Assembly: GCA_012862495.1 (NCBI GenBank)
Contig: BLSG01000114.1
Location: 97,750-142,424, forward strand
Length of the DNA stretch: 44,675 bases
DNA from: Thraustochytrium aureum
Taxonomy: Eukaryota
Direction of reading: 5' to 3'
Shown here: positions 32,424 to 42,013 of the stretch, in pieces
Numbering within the stretch: the first letter of the stretch is position 1
Layout: each line of letters opens with the position of its first letter
Notes under the pieces: model-generated
Databases searched by the model: none
What the model was told of the DNA's origin: nothing
The model's input: only the letters and a program-made list of their open reading frames with translations
Made by a program: the position numbers and the translations under genes

Positions 32424-35009
32424 ATGCGGGTCTTCATTGAGGGCGTGGATGGCTATGTGGGAGGAGCTGTCAAGCGCCTGCTGCTGCGCGACTGGGCCAA
32501 CGCCCAGGAGGAGAAGGGCGACGAGGAGCCCGAAAAGCTCGAGATCGTCGGCTCCGTCGCGTACCAGCTCACGAAAGACCGTGGCGCGCCGAGCGGGGTT
32601 TGGAGGCTGCGTGGCGCGGCGACCTCAGCAGCGTCTGCGAGCTCGCGCGCAGCGCCGATCGATCGTCCTGGACACGCACCCTCTGTCAAGGAGGCCAGCA
32701 GCATCGTAAAGGCCCTGCGCGACAGGTTTGACGGGTCCAAGTCGCTCGTGCTGGTCTCGACGCTCTTGACCTGGGACAGAACCCCTGCCAGCGTCGCCGA
32801 CGCCGAGGCCAAGCTGGAAGATGCCGACCAGGGCGACGACGCCGACGCCGAGCCCAGCCGCGCGGTCTTCAGGGAGGCCGAGTTCACGCGCCGAAAGCCG
32901 TCGCCGCCGTTCCTTTTGCACAAAACGCTCGAGTCGCAGGTCCTCGCGCTCGCCCACGACAAGCTCTCGACGACCGTGCTGGCCTGCGGCCTGCTGTACG
33001 GCGCAGAGGAGGGCTTGCTCCACAACTTTTTCCGCGACGCCTGGTTGGGCCGCTCCGCCGTGCTCCCTGACATCAACGATGGGTGCTCCAACATGGTTCC
33101 CTCGGTGCACGTGAACGACCTCGCCCGGGCCGCCTGCTCGGCGATTAGCGCTCCGCCCTCGCAGCAGTATGTCGTCGTGGCCGACCAGTCGCAGTCCACG
33201 GTCGCGGAGATCGTGACGGCCATTTTCTCCGTGCTGCAGCCCCACCCCGAACTGGCCCTCATGGAAGCCAGGCAGCCCGGCGAGGAGGTCTCGGAGGAGG
33301 AGGAGGCGGAACGCAGCAACGCGTGGCGCCAGTTCGCTCGCAAGCCGCGCGTTGCCTCCGCGGAGGAGACGGATGAGATCGTGCTGCGTGACCCTGCCTG
33401 GGCTCAGCTGCAGTGCAACCTCTGCTTTGACACGACGGACGGCGCTGTGGAGGGCCTCGTGACAGAGTGGGTCGCGCGTGAGGGCCTCGTCGCCTGCGCT
33501 GGCCGCGTTGCGGAGGAGTTTCGTGCAGCGCGAGACCTCCGCCCAATCCGCTTGGTGCTCCTCGGCCCTCCGGCGTCTGGAAAATCGACGCTTGCCTCGC
33601 GCGTCGCCGCCGAGTACTCCCTCCCCGTCGTGTCCGAGTCGAGCGCGATCGAGGACCTCCTCGAGTCTCTGCGGGTCACGCGCGACGAGCGCCAGGTCCG
33701 CCTTGACGAGTGGCGCGAGCGCAAGGCGCAAGAGCGTGCCGACCGCAGGGCCAAGGCCGCCGCTGAGGCCGCCGAAGCCGGAGAGGATGCGGAGGGCGAA
33801 TCAAAGGGCGAGGCTGATGCTGAGGCCGACGAGGCCGAGGACGAGGAAGACCCGGAGCGCCTGGCGATACTGCGCAAGTCGCCTCTGGAGCTCGTCGCGG
33901 AACGCGTCGAACTCTGCCTCGAGCGCAAGGGCAAAGTCTCCAACCAGCTGGTTGCAAAGGCGGTGCGCGCCAAGCTGCTCTCTGCGCAGTGCTTGAACCA
34001 CGGTTATGTGCTGGATGGAGCCGCACCCACCTTTGGGGCTCTCGAGCGCATCCTTGGCGTTGGCGCCATCACAGACGGCCTCGTGGGCGCCGATGCTGAA
34101 GGGGGCGACGAGGCCGCTCAGGGCGAAGAGGACTTTGAGGATGTCAACGACGCGGCCGCAGCTGCGGCTGCCGCCGCCGATGATGTCGACGGGGGAGACG
34201 GCGGCGGACGGTTCGAGCGCTGGGGCTATTCTCGTCGACCCAAGGCTGCGGCCCACCGCCGTGTTGTGCTTGATGCTGCGGACGAAGAGCTCCGCGACCG
34301 GGCCTGCGCTGCCGCCGAGTCTGAAGCGATCTCGGAGACTGACTTTGAGGCCGCCCTCAAGGCTTACAAGGAAAACAACGCGGAGCATCTTCTGCGCACG
34401 CCACTGAGCTTTTTCGAGGGCGCCTGCAAGATCGAGAGCTTGTTCGTTGCCACGGACGCGCCGCTCGAGTTTCAGGACGATGTGGAGGGCAAGGCAGACG
34501 AGGTTGAGCCAGAATCGAAGGCGGGCGAGACCAAAATCGCAGACGCTCGCTCCGGCAAAGAGGAGGGCGCCGCGTCGAGGGCCAGGTGCATGGACGACGC
34601 GACCTTTGAAAACGTCATGGTTTACATCGAGCAGGGGGGGCGCCCTTTCAACTACCATCCCACCGAGGAGGAGGTTCTGGAGAAGCAGGCGAAGATCCGG
34701 GCGCAGCAGCTCGAGCGCGAAGAGGCCGAGCGGCGTCGCCGTGTGGACTTGGAGATGCGCCGGAAGGCGGAAGAGACTGAGCGCCTCGAGGCCCTCGAAG
34801 AGCACCGGGAGGAGGTTTCGCGCCATGAAGCGGCGCTTCTCGAGGCCCGCGCCGAGCCTTTGCGCGAGTACTTGGTCAAGCATGTGATGCCGACGCTGTC
34901 CAAGGGCCTCGTGGAGACCTGCCGCGTCAAGCCGGACGACCCGATCGACTTTTTGGCAGAGTTTCTGTTCAACAACAGCTCCGAGTCAGAGACGCTCTAC
35001 GAGGCTTGA
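32424..35009 (+). CDS. AK7: Adenylate kinase 7 (axonemal)
   Basis: N-terminal SDR/epimerase-like domain (MRVFIEGVDGYVG; LVSTLLTW; RRKPSP; GLLYGAEE; VPSVHVNDLA), P-loop GPPASGKS, a coiled coil and a C-terminal Dpy-30 motif PLREYLVKHVMPTLSKGL...PDDPIDFLAEFLF. It probably contains compensating frameshifts at 32599-32681 and 34191-34263. Confidence 0.92.
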   Translation: MRVFIEGVDGYVGGAVKRLLLRDWANAQEEKGDEEPEKLEIVGSVAYQLTKDRGAPSGVWRLRGAATSAASASSRAAPIDRPGHAPSVKEASSIVKALRDRFDGSKSLVLVSTLLTWDRTPASVADAEAKLEDADQGDDADAEPSRAVFREAEFTRRKPSPPFLLHKTLESQVLALAHDKLSTTVLACGLLYGAEEGLLHNFFRDAWLGRSAVLPDINDGCSNMVPSVHVNDLARAACSAISAPPSQQYVVVADQSQSTVAEIVTAIFSVLQPHPELALMEARQPGEEVSEEEEAERSNAWRQFARKPRVASAEETDEIVLRDPAWAQLQCNLCFDTTDGAVEGLVTEWVAREGLVACAGRVAEEFRAARDLRPIRLVLLGPPASGKSTLASRVAAEYSLPVVSESSAIEDLLESLRVTRDERQVRLDEWRERKAQERADRRAKAAAEAAEAGEDAEGESKGEADAEADEAEDEEDPERLAILRKSPLELVAERVELCLERKGKVSNQLVAKAVRAKLLSAQCLNHGYVLDGAAPTFGALERILGVGAITDGLVGADAEGGDEAAQGEEDFEDVNDAAAAAAAAADDVDGGDGGGRFERWGYSRRPKAAAHRRVVLDAADEELRDRACAAAESEAISETDFEAALKAYKENNAEHLLRTPLSFFEGACKIESLFVATDAPLEFQDDVEGKADEVEPESKAGETKIADARSGKEEGAASRARCMDDATFENVMVYIEQGGRPFNYHPTEEEVLEKQAKIRAQQLEREEAERRRRVDLEMRRKAEETERLEALEEHREEVSRHEAALLEARAEPLREYLVKHVMPTLSKGLVETCRVKPDDPIDFLAEFLFNNSSESETLYEA

Positions 35010-35435
35010 TCGCGGCCTCTGCCGTTTCATCCGAGGGTTTGGGGTAGCGAAAAGCAAAGGATAGTCGAAATCGTTGTACCAACTCACGAGCACTTTTTCC
35101 TCCAGGCCTCCCGGGAGAAGCGCTTGGCAGTAAATGCGACGCGTGCTTGAACAAGTCCAGTCCACCCTTGGTGTTGCTGCAAGAGAGTAGCCGGCGGGCG
35201 GGCCGGTCTGGCCTGCACAAAGTACGTAAGGGCTGCAGTTGAACGCGACGCTCATCTACTTAAGCGAAGTGCAGCCCAAGCGCGCTCGCTCGGAGGCCAC
35301 GACGACGATGTGTTTGATTGATTGATTGAATTGAGAGAGGCTTCTACCATCTACTTTTTTAAGTACAACCCAAGCGCGCTCGCTCGCTCGCTCGAGGTCT
35401 GAGCCGGCCGCAGCGCGCGCTCTGGAGCAAGCGTT

Positions 35436-35867
35436 TCAGAGGGCCTGCTGCGGAGTAATCTTAAACTCCTTGGTGACGTGGCAGTGGTCGGTCGGGGTGG
35501 ACGTGATGATCGCGCCGAGCTCGAGTGAAGCGTGCGCGATGTCCTGCCTCAAGCCGCGGTCGATGTTGAGCAGCTTTGTGACGATGAGCTCCAGAATGTC
35601 GCCCAGGCCCTCCCCGGTCAACAAATCCAGGCTGTTCTTCCTGGCAGCCTCGACGGCGAGGGAAGCAGAGGCAGCTTCTCCGCTCGACAAGGGCTTTGCC
35701 AGGTCCTCAGAGCCTGAACCGGCGCCGCTGGCGCTGGCGCCGTCCAGCGCAGCACCGCCAGACGACCCCTCTGCGCCGTGGGCACGCGTGCTCCTTCGTC
35801 TGCCCTTGCGCGAGCTCTTCTTGAACTCGCGCTCCTCGATGATCTTGCTCACAGTCTGGACCACCCT
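35436..35867 (-). CDS. Hypothetical protein, C-terminal fragment (5' in gap)
   Basis: Open frame from the gap to TGA with protein-like composition (DILELIVTKLLNIDRGLRQDIAHASLELGAIITSTPTDHCHVTKEF). Family not recognised. Confidence 0.6.
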   Translation of the reverse strand, partial: RVVQTVSKIIEEREFKKSSRKGRRRSTRAHGAEGSSGGAALDGASASGAGSGSEDLAKPLSSGEAASASLAVEAARKNSLDLLTGEGLGDILELIVTKLLNIDRGLRQDIAHASLELGAIITSTPTDHCHVTKEFKITPQQAL

Positions 35868-36921
35868 NNNNNNNNNNNNNNNNNNNNNNNNNNNNNNNNN
35901 NNNNNNNNNNNNNNNNNNNNNNNNNNNNNNNNNNNNNNNNNNNNNNNNNNNNNNNNNNNNNNNNNNNNNNNNNNNNNNNNNNNNNNNNNNNNNNNNNNNN
36001 NNNNNNNNNNNNNNNNNNNNNNNNNNNNNNNNNNNNNNNNNNNNNNNNNNNNNNNNNNNNNNNNNNNNNNNNNNNNNNNNNNNNNNNNNNNNNNNNNNNN
36101 NNNNNNNNNNNNNNNNNNNNNNNNNNNNNNNNNNNNNNNNNNNNNNNNNNNNNNNNNNNNNNNNNNNNNNNNNNNNNNNNNNNNNNNNNNNNNNNNNNNN
36201 NNNNNNNNNNNNNNNNNNNNNNNNNNNNNNNNNNNNNNNNNNNNNNNNNNNNNNNNNNNNNNNNNNNNNNNNNNNNNNNNNNNNNNNNNNNNNNNNNNNN
36301 NNNNNNNNNNNNNNNNNNNNNNNNNNNNNNNNNNNNNNNNNNNNNNNNNNNNNNNNNNNNNNNNNNNNNNNNNNNNNNNNNNNNNNNNNNNNNNNNNNNN
36401 NNNNNNNNNNNNNNNNNNNNNNNNNNNNNNNNNNNNNNNNNNNNNNNNNNNNNNNNNNNNNNNNNNNNNNNNNNNNNNNNNNNNNNNNNNNNNNNNNNNN
36501 NNNNNNNNNNNNNNNNNNNNNNNNNNNNNNNNNNNNNNNNNNNNNNNNNNNNNNNNNNNNNNNNNNNNNNNNNNNNNNNNNNNNNNGCCGCCGCCGCCGC
36601 CGCCGCCGCCGCCTTCCACGAGCGGTTGGACGGCTCCGGCGCGCCGGTCAGTCACGCAGGCCAACCGACCCAACCCCGTCCGCGCACCTGCTTGACCACC
36701 CGCCGCGCTTCGCCCTGCGCCCCGCCCTCCTCCGCGCGGCTCGCCGCAGCGCCTACCGACACTACGCCGCTGTCCCCTCGTGCGCTCCCCTGGCTCTCTC
36801 GCGCGCCTGCTCTGTCTCGCGCGCGCGCTCTCGCCTGCTCGCTTGCTTGCTCCGCGCTTGCTTGCTTTTGCTTGCTGGCTTGCTTGCTTGCTCGCTCTGA
36901 ACAGCGCCTGTGCGATGCGAT

Positions 36922-37162
36922 GCCACGCTCGTGCGCCCAGGCCCTCGGAATACACTCTTGTGAACCCGCTACCGCGACGCCAGTGCGGCTTTGCCCTCGG
37001 AATACCCTCTTGTTGAACTTACAACCGCGACGCTCGTGCGACCAGCCCCTCGTAATACCCTCTTTGTAAACAAACAACCGCGACGCCCGTGCGGCCTCGC
37101 CCTCGGAATACCCTCGTCCTCGCATCGCCCTCGGAACACCCCCGTCCTCGTATCACCCTCGT
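36922..37162. repeat. Degenerate intergenic minisatellite: 52-53 bp units followed by 28 bp units
   Basis: Core GCCCTCGGAATACCCTC or variants at 36941, 36993, 37046, 37099, 37127 and a partial copy at 37155 (spacings 52, 53, 53, 28, 28). Confidence 0.85.
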
Positions 37163-37472
37163 TCGTTGAGGTGCTGCTTCTGTGCTCCTCCACGATGCGA
37201 TGCCAGCCAAACTTTGAAGCTCCTTGTTCGCTGCGGCGGAGCCTCGAAGGTTCCTCTGCAGCCCTGCAAACGTCCCTCGATCTACGCCTTTTGCGCGAAC
37301 TCTGCCTGTCGCGCTGTCAACGGACATGTTGGTGCTCCGAGGGGTCGCGAAACGTGTGCACCCTTCGTTACGTGCGGTTTGCGGGCGTTTGCGGGCGCGA
37401 CAGGTGAGTTCCGAGGAGGCAGGCGCCCGACGCGGTCGGTGGCCAAGGCGGCAGAGCGGCCAAGGCGGCGGG

Positions 37473-38714
37473 ATGGCGACGCAGCACGGCGGGAGTCGGG
37501 AATGGCCCCCCGGAGAGCGCGAAGACGCCGGGCGCAGGTTGCGGAGCAAAGCGCACACCGCGAGGATGGCCGCCGGTGGCGACATGGACGACACCGGCGA
37601 AGACAGGGAGGCGAGGACGACGCGAGAGGAGCAGACGGCTGTTGACGTGCAGGTGCTCCTGGAGCTGTCGGCCAGGCTCGTGAGCGCGGCAGATAGGATG
37701 GATGAGTTGGCCAGGCTACAGGGCTGCAGGGAGGAGGGGCGCGGCTTGCAAGCCGCTGCGAGAACGGGCGTCCTAGGAACGAGGCTGGAGGGCGCAGGGC
37801 CCAAGGAACCCAGTGCTATGCAGCCGATGGATCCTCGGCGCGTGCTCGTGAGAGCGCGCTCGAGCGCCAGGGCGAGCTCGACCGCTGTGGCCGCTGCAAA
37901 ACTGCAGCGGGCGAGAGAGCGGCAGTCTGCGATAGGCCCACAAGTGACTGGTCTGCGCCTTGCTCAAGATCAGGTCCACCCCGCTGCCGCAGAGAGTCGC
38001 GCAAGCCGGCCAGCCTCAGCTTCAGCAAGACGCGCCCGTGGCCCGGCTCTCGAAGATGACTACCTCAACGCGCTTATGGAGCGGCATGCGCCAAACCTCG
38101 CAGAGTTCACCCGGCGCGCTCGCTCAAGTCGCTCGTCGGAAGCAGAACATGGGAATCCGGCATCAATGGCCGAGCGCTACGCGCCGCACTATGCAGAGTT
38201 TGTTCGGCGCAGCCGCTTGGCAGGCCTGGAGGTCGACAACGTGGGCTCGCAGATGGCGAGGCTCGTGCCCAACGGCGAGGAGTACATCCGGCGCGTCCGG
38301 TCGCTGCGGTCCTCGTTCACGAGCCTAGAGGCTTGGACGGCGGCGCTCGGTCGCGGCGACGCGGGCTCCCTTAGGCGAGCCACGGACGCGGCGATCCTCA
38401 ACTCTGTGCTGGACGCGAGCGCCGCGGCTGCACGGCCGACTCAATCGAGGGGGCTCTCCAGCACGCAAATGCTGGCCCTGGGCTCGTGCAAGGTAGCCTC
38501 GACCTGGGAGACGTCGTGCTGCATTTGCCTCGAGCAGGTCGAAGCCGGTCAGCAAGGCACGCTCTTGCCCTGCTCGCATGGGTTCCACTCTGCATGTATT
38601 GAGCAGTGGCTCGGGATGCGCGCCTCGTGCCCGCTGTGCAAGAGCGAGGTGGCCCCTGTGCGGCCAGGACAAGGCCCGGACCATGCGCGCCAAGGGGCGC
38701 GCGACCCTTGTTGA
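37473..38714 (+). CDS. RING-H2 E3 ubiquitin ligase (start uncertain: 37473 or 37566)
   Basis: C-terminal CCICLEQVEAGQQGTLLPCSHGFHSACIEQWLGMRASCPLCK is a C3H2C3 RING. Confidence 0.85.
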   Translation: MATQHGGSREWPPGEREDAGRRLRSKAHTARMAAGGDMDDTGEDREARTTREEQTAVDVQVLLELSARLVSAADRMDELARLQGCREEGRGLQAAARTGVLGTRLEGAGPKEPSAMQPMDPRRVLVRARSSARASSTAVAAAKLQRARERQSAIGPQVTGLRLAQDQVHPAAAESRASRPASASARRARGPALEDDYLNALMERHAPNLAEFTRRARSSRSSEAEHGNPASMAERYAPHYAEFVRRSRLAGLEVDNVGSQMARLVPNGEEYIRRVRSLRSSFTSLEAWTAALGRGDAGSLRRATDAAILNSVLDASAAAARPTQSRGLSSTQMLALGSCKVASTWETSCCICLEQVEAGQQGTLLPCSHGFHSACIEQWLGMRASCPLCKSEVAPVRPGQGPDHARQGARDPC

Positions 38715-38873
38715 GCAGTCGCTTGGATGGAGACAAGGAAGAGCAAGTCTCACCTCCGCTGACTTGTTTTGATCTTGGAATCAAGAAAATGAAAGAAACA
38801 CCGACCCGTTGCGCCTCTCGAGACACCCACTTGGTGTCCTTTAAAAACCGTCTGGTGCACTCTGACCAGGCTC

Positions 38874-40148
38874 TCACGCGGCTTGGCCAGCGACGCGAAA
38901 GCCAGACGGGCTCGCCCAGCCCCCCTCCGTGTCGCCATACGTGATGTGCACCGGCATGCCATCCGCATCAAGCGAGCGCCGGCCCGCCTCGAGGATGGCG
39001 GTCGTGAGCAGGGTCGTCTCCACCGTCGGGAGCGACTTGTTGAGCTGGGCCACCGTCTTGCGGCCGGCCTGCAGGTCCTCCACAGCCGCAACAAACGCCT
39101 CGATGGAGCGATACCCGTAGCCGAGCTGGCCGGCAAACTCGCCCTCAGGGTTTGGGGTGTACTTCATGAAGAGCGGGTTGCACGAGGCATATCCGCTCTC
39201 GTCGGTGGCCACCTCGTAGCCGCGATGCGCCTGGTCCATGCGCACCTCACCCTTGTGGCCCATGTAGAAAAACCGCTGCTGCGAGTGCACCTCGGCCTTG
39301 GGGGCGATCCACGACGAGGTGTACACCGCGGTGCCGCGGCTCTTGTCGGCGCGATTCTCCCACTGGACAAGCAGCGTGATGGTGTCTTCGCAAGTCTCAG
39401 CGTCCACGATCGCCGAGGCGACGCCGGTGGACGCCTGCGCAGTCACAGACAGCGGGCGGGCACTCTCGCCCATGCACCACTCGTGAAAATCGATGTGGTG
39501 CGAGTTGAGGTAGTACGAGATGTCGGAGGAGGCGCCGGCCCAGCTCTTGAAGGTGAGGAGCTGCGTTTTGGGCTGGCTCATGTAGGCGTTCATGTACGAA
39601 AACGGGCCCATGTGGGCGATTCGGTCGCGCGCGTCGCTGTACAGCGGATCGAACCGCTTGTGCACCTCGCACATAACCAGCACGTTCTTTTCGCGCGCCA
39701 GAGCGAGCAGCTCACGGTGCTCCGCGAGTGTCTTGACCAGCGGCTTGGTCGTCAGAACGTGCAGCCCGCGCTCCACGAGCGCCTTGGTGATCGTAAAGTG
39801 GGTGTCGTCGGGCGTGAACACTGTGGCGGCGTCGCCCGGAGCAAAGCTCTCCGCAGCGGCCTCGTACGCGAGCGGGTCGACGGCGTCGTCCGCTGGGAAC
39901 GTCTCCACGGCGCAGTCCATACCTTTGTACACTCCAGAGATGGCCTTCTCCATGTGCTCGCGGATGGCGGGAAACTTGGTCCCGCTCATGCCGCACAACC
40001 CGACGCGCCCAACGCGGCCCCGCTTGCGCAGGTCAAACAGCGTCAGCCCCACGACGCCGGCATTCTTATCCGAGGCAGTCACGCGCGACGCCGAAAACCC
40101 GGTCGTGTACTCCCCGGTGCCGACCATGAGGCAGTTCACAGGCGCCAT
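38874..40148 (-). CDS. gaaA: Gfo/Idh/MocA oxidoreductase, GaaA-like D-galacturonate reductase
   Basis: [11 protein letters not shown]...[31 protein letters not shown] and [31 protein letters not shown] closely recall Aspergillus GaaA (from memory). Confidence 0.8.
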   Translation of the reverse strand: MAPVNCLMVGTGEYTTGFSASRVTASDKNAGVVGLTLFDLRKRGRVGRVGLCGMSGTKFPAIREHMEKAISGVYKGMDCAVETFPADDAVDPLAYEAAAESFAPGDAATVFTPDDTHFTITKALVERGLHVLTTKPLVKTLAEHRELLALAREKNVLVMCEVHKRFDPLYSDARDRIAHMGPFSYMNAYMSQPKTQLLTFKSWAGASSDISYYLNSHHIDFHEWCMGESARPLSVTAQASTGVASAIVDAETCEDTITLLVQWENRADKSRGTAVYTSSWIAPKAEVHSQQRFFYMGHKGEVRMDQAHRGYEVATDESGYASCNPLFMKYTPNPEGEFAGQLGYGYRSIEAFVAAVEDLQAGRKTVAQLNKSLPTVETTLLTTAILEAGRRSLDADGMPVHITYGDTEGGWASPSGFRVAGQAA

Positions 40149-40763
40149 CTCGCCGCACCAAGCCCACTCTCCGCTCAGTTCCCTGCGACGTCCCGCGGCC
40201 GTGCGCTTCGCGACCGCCTCAATGATGAGCGGAGCAGGTCTGCCGCTGTCACGAGGCTAGCGCCGAGCGCTCGCAGAGAACAGCGCTTTGCTCGTCGATA
40301 TTCTACGTAACAGCAGGTACCTACGTTACGAGATCTGCGGGGCGGGCGGACCCACAGAAAAAAAAGCCAAATAAATCCCCGCGCGGCGTCAGGGCGAGTC
40401 CGCGATCGATCGCCCGCAGCAGCGGCACGGCACCGGCAGAGCGGCCCGCAAGCCCCGCACAAGCTCGCGCAAGCTCGTAGTAGCGCGCGATAGCTCGCAC
40501 TTGCTCGCGCGTGNNNNNNNNNNNNNNNNNNNNNNNNNNNNNNNNNNNNNNNNNNNNNNNNNNNNNNNNNNNNNNNNNNNNNNNNNNNNNNNNNNNNNNN
40601 NNNNNNNNNNNNNNNNNNNNNNNNNNNNNNNNNNNNNNNNNNNNNNNNNNNNNNNNNNNNNNNNNNNNNNNNNNNNNNNNNNNNNNNNNNNNNNNNNNNN
40701 NNNNNNNNNNNNNNNNNNNNNNNNNNNNNCTTGCTCGCGCGTGAGCGGCCCCTCAACCGAAAA

Positions 40764-42013
40764 ATGCTAGCGAGCGCGCGGGCCTGCCGCGCGCGCGGCG
40801 CGGCGGCTGGGGCGGCGGCGGCACACGCCTTGCGGGCGATGAGCTCTGCGGTTTCGGCGTTTGAGGCGGTAAGTGAGGCGTTGGCGGCTCGCGGGCTGGC
40901 TGGCTGGCTGGCTGGCAGGCTGGCAGGCTGGCAGGCTGGCTGACAGGGTGGCGGTCGCAGAACGTTGGCAATACGCGGCTTGTGCGGCTGAAAGCGGCCT
41001 CGGAAGCCACCGGGTGCGACATCTTTGGCAAATGCGAGTTTGAAAACCCGGGCCAGTCCGTCAAGGACCGCGCTGCGCTGTGGATGGTGAAAGACGCCGA
41101 GGCCAAGGGCCTGCTGGTGCGCGGAACGCCCGCAACCATCGTCGAAGGCACGGCCGGCAACACGGGCATCGGGCTCGCGCTCGCCGCCGGGGTTTTCGGG
41201 TACAGGTGCGTAATTTGCATCGCCGAGACGCAGAGCGAGGAGAAAAAGTCGACGCTGCGCAAGTACGGCGCGCACCTGATCGAGGTTCCCGCCGTGCCCT
41301 ACCGCGACCCGAACAACTATGTGCACGTTGCGAAGCGGGTCGCCGAGGCGCTTGAGCAAGCTGGCCAGAAGAGCTTTTACGCCGATCAGTGGGACAACCT
41401 CTCGAACAGGCAGAGCCACATCGATTCGACCGGGCCGGAAATCGCGCGGCAGACCGGCGGTAAGCTCGACGCCTTCTCGTGCGCGATGGGCACGGGCGGG
41501 ACGCTCAGCGGCGTCGCTGCGTACCTTCGCGAGCACATGCCGCACGTCAAGGTGGCTCTCACGGACCCAGAAGGGGCCGCGATGGTCAACTACTTTCGCG
41601 AGGGCGAGCTGAAATCGCAGGGCTCGTCGATCACGGAGGGCATCGGCCAGGGGCGGGTCACTGGCAACATGGCCGGCCTCCGCCCCGACATGGTCTTTGA
41701 GATCCCCGATGCGGAAATGATGCCCGTGCTCTACGACTTGCAGCAGCACGACGGCCTCGCTGTTGGCGGGTCTGCTGGAATCAACGTGGCGGGGGCCATT
41801 CGTGTTGCAAAGCAACTTGGGCCTGGCCACACGATCGTCACGATGCTGTGCGACCTCGGCTCGCGGTACGCCTCGAAGCTTTACAACCCCAAGTTTCTCG
41901 CTTCGAAGGGGTTGCCCGTGGCCCCCTGGATTCAGGACCAAGAGGCGCAGGCCAAGCTGGACCCGGAGTTTGACGCTCTGCTTTCCGCAGCGCGCAAGGC
42001 CGCGCTTGTCTGA
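40764..42013 (+). CDS. cysK: Cysteine synthase (O-acetylserine thiol-lyase, PLP-dependent); exons 40764-40868 and 40961-42013
   Basis: VGNTRLVRL...KCEFENPGQSVKDRAA (PLP lysine), EGTAGNTGIGL, GTGGT and TEGIG. Splicing joins AFEA to NVGNT in frame. A second in-frame ATG lies at 40839. Confidence 0.92.
40869..40960 (+). other. Spliceosomal GT-AG intron (92 nt, phase 0) in the cysteine synthase gene
   Basis: GTAAGT donor, GCTGAC branch-like site at 40939, GCAG acceptor and internal (GGCT)n microsatellite. Removal restores the frame. Confidence 0.85.

Noticed and set aside
36922..37162. CRISPR- or TIGR-like array
   Set aside because: The variable tracts are short and homologous to each other, the repeats are degenerate, no Cas/Nop-like gene is visible nearby, and the context is eukaryotic. 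Kept only as a minisatellite.
15102..38714. Functional cluster of ubiquitin-proteasome genes (F-box, PSMD5, USP, RING)
   Set aside because: These families are abundant and are interspersed with unrelated genes, so chance is sufficient.
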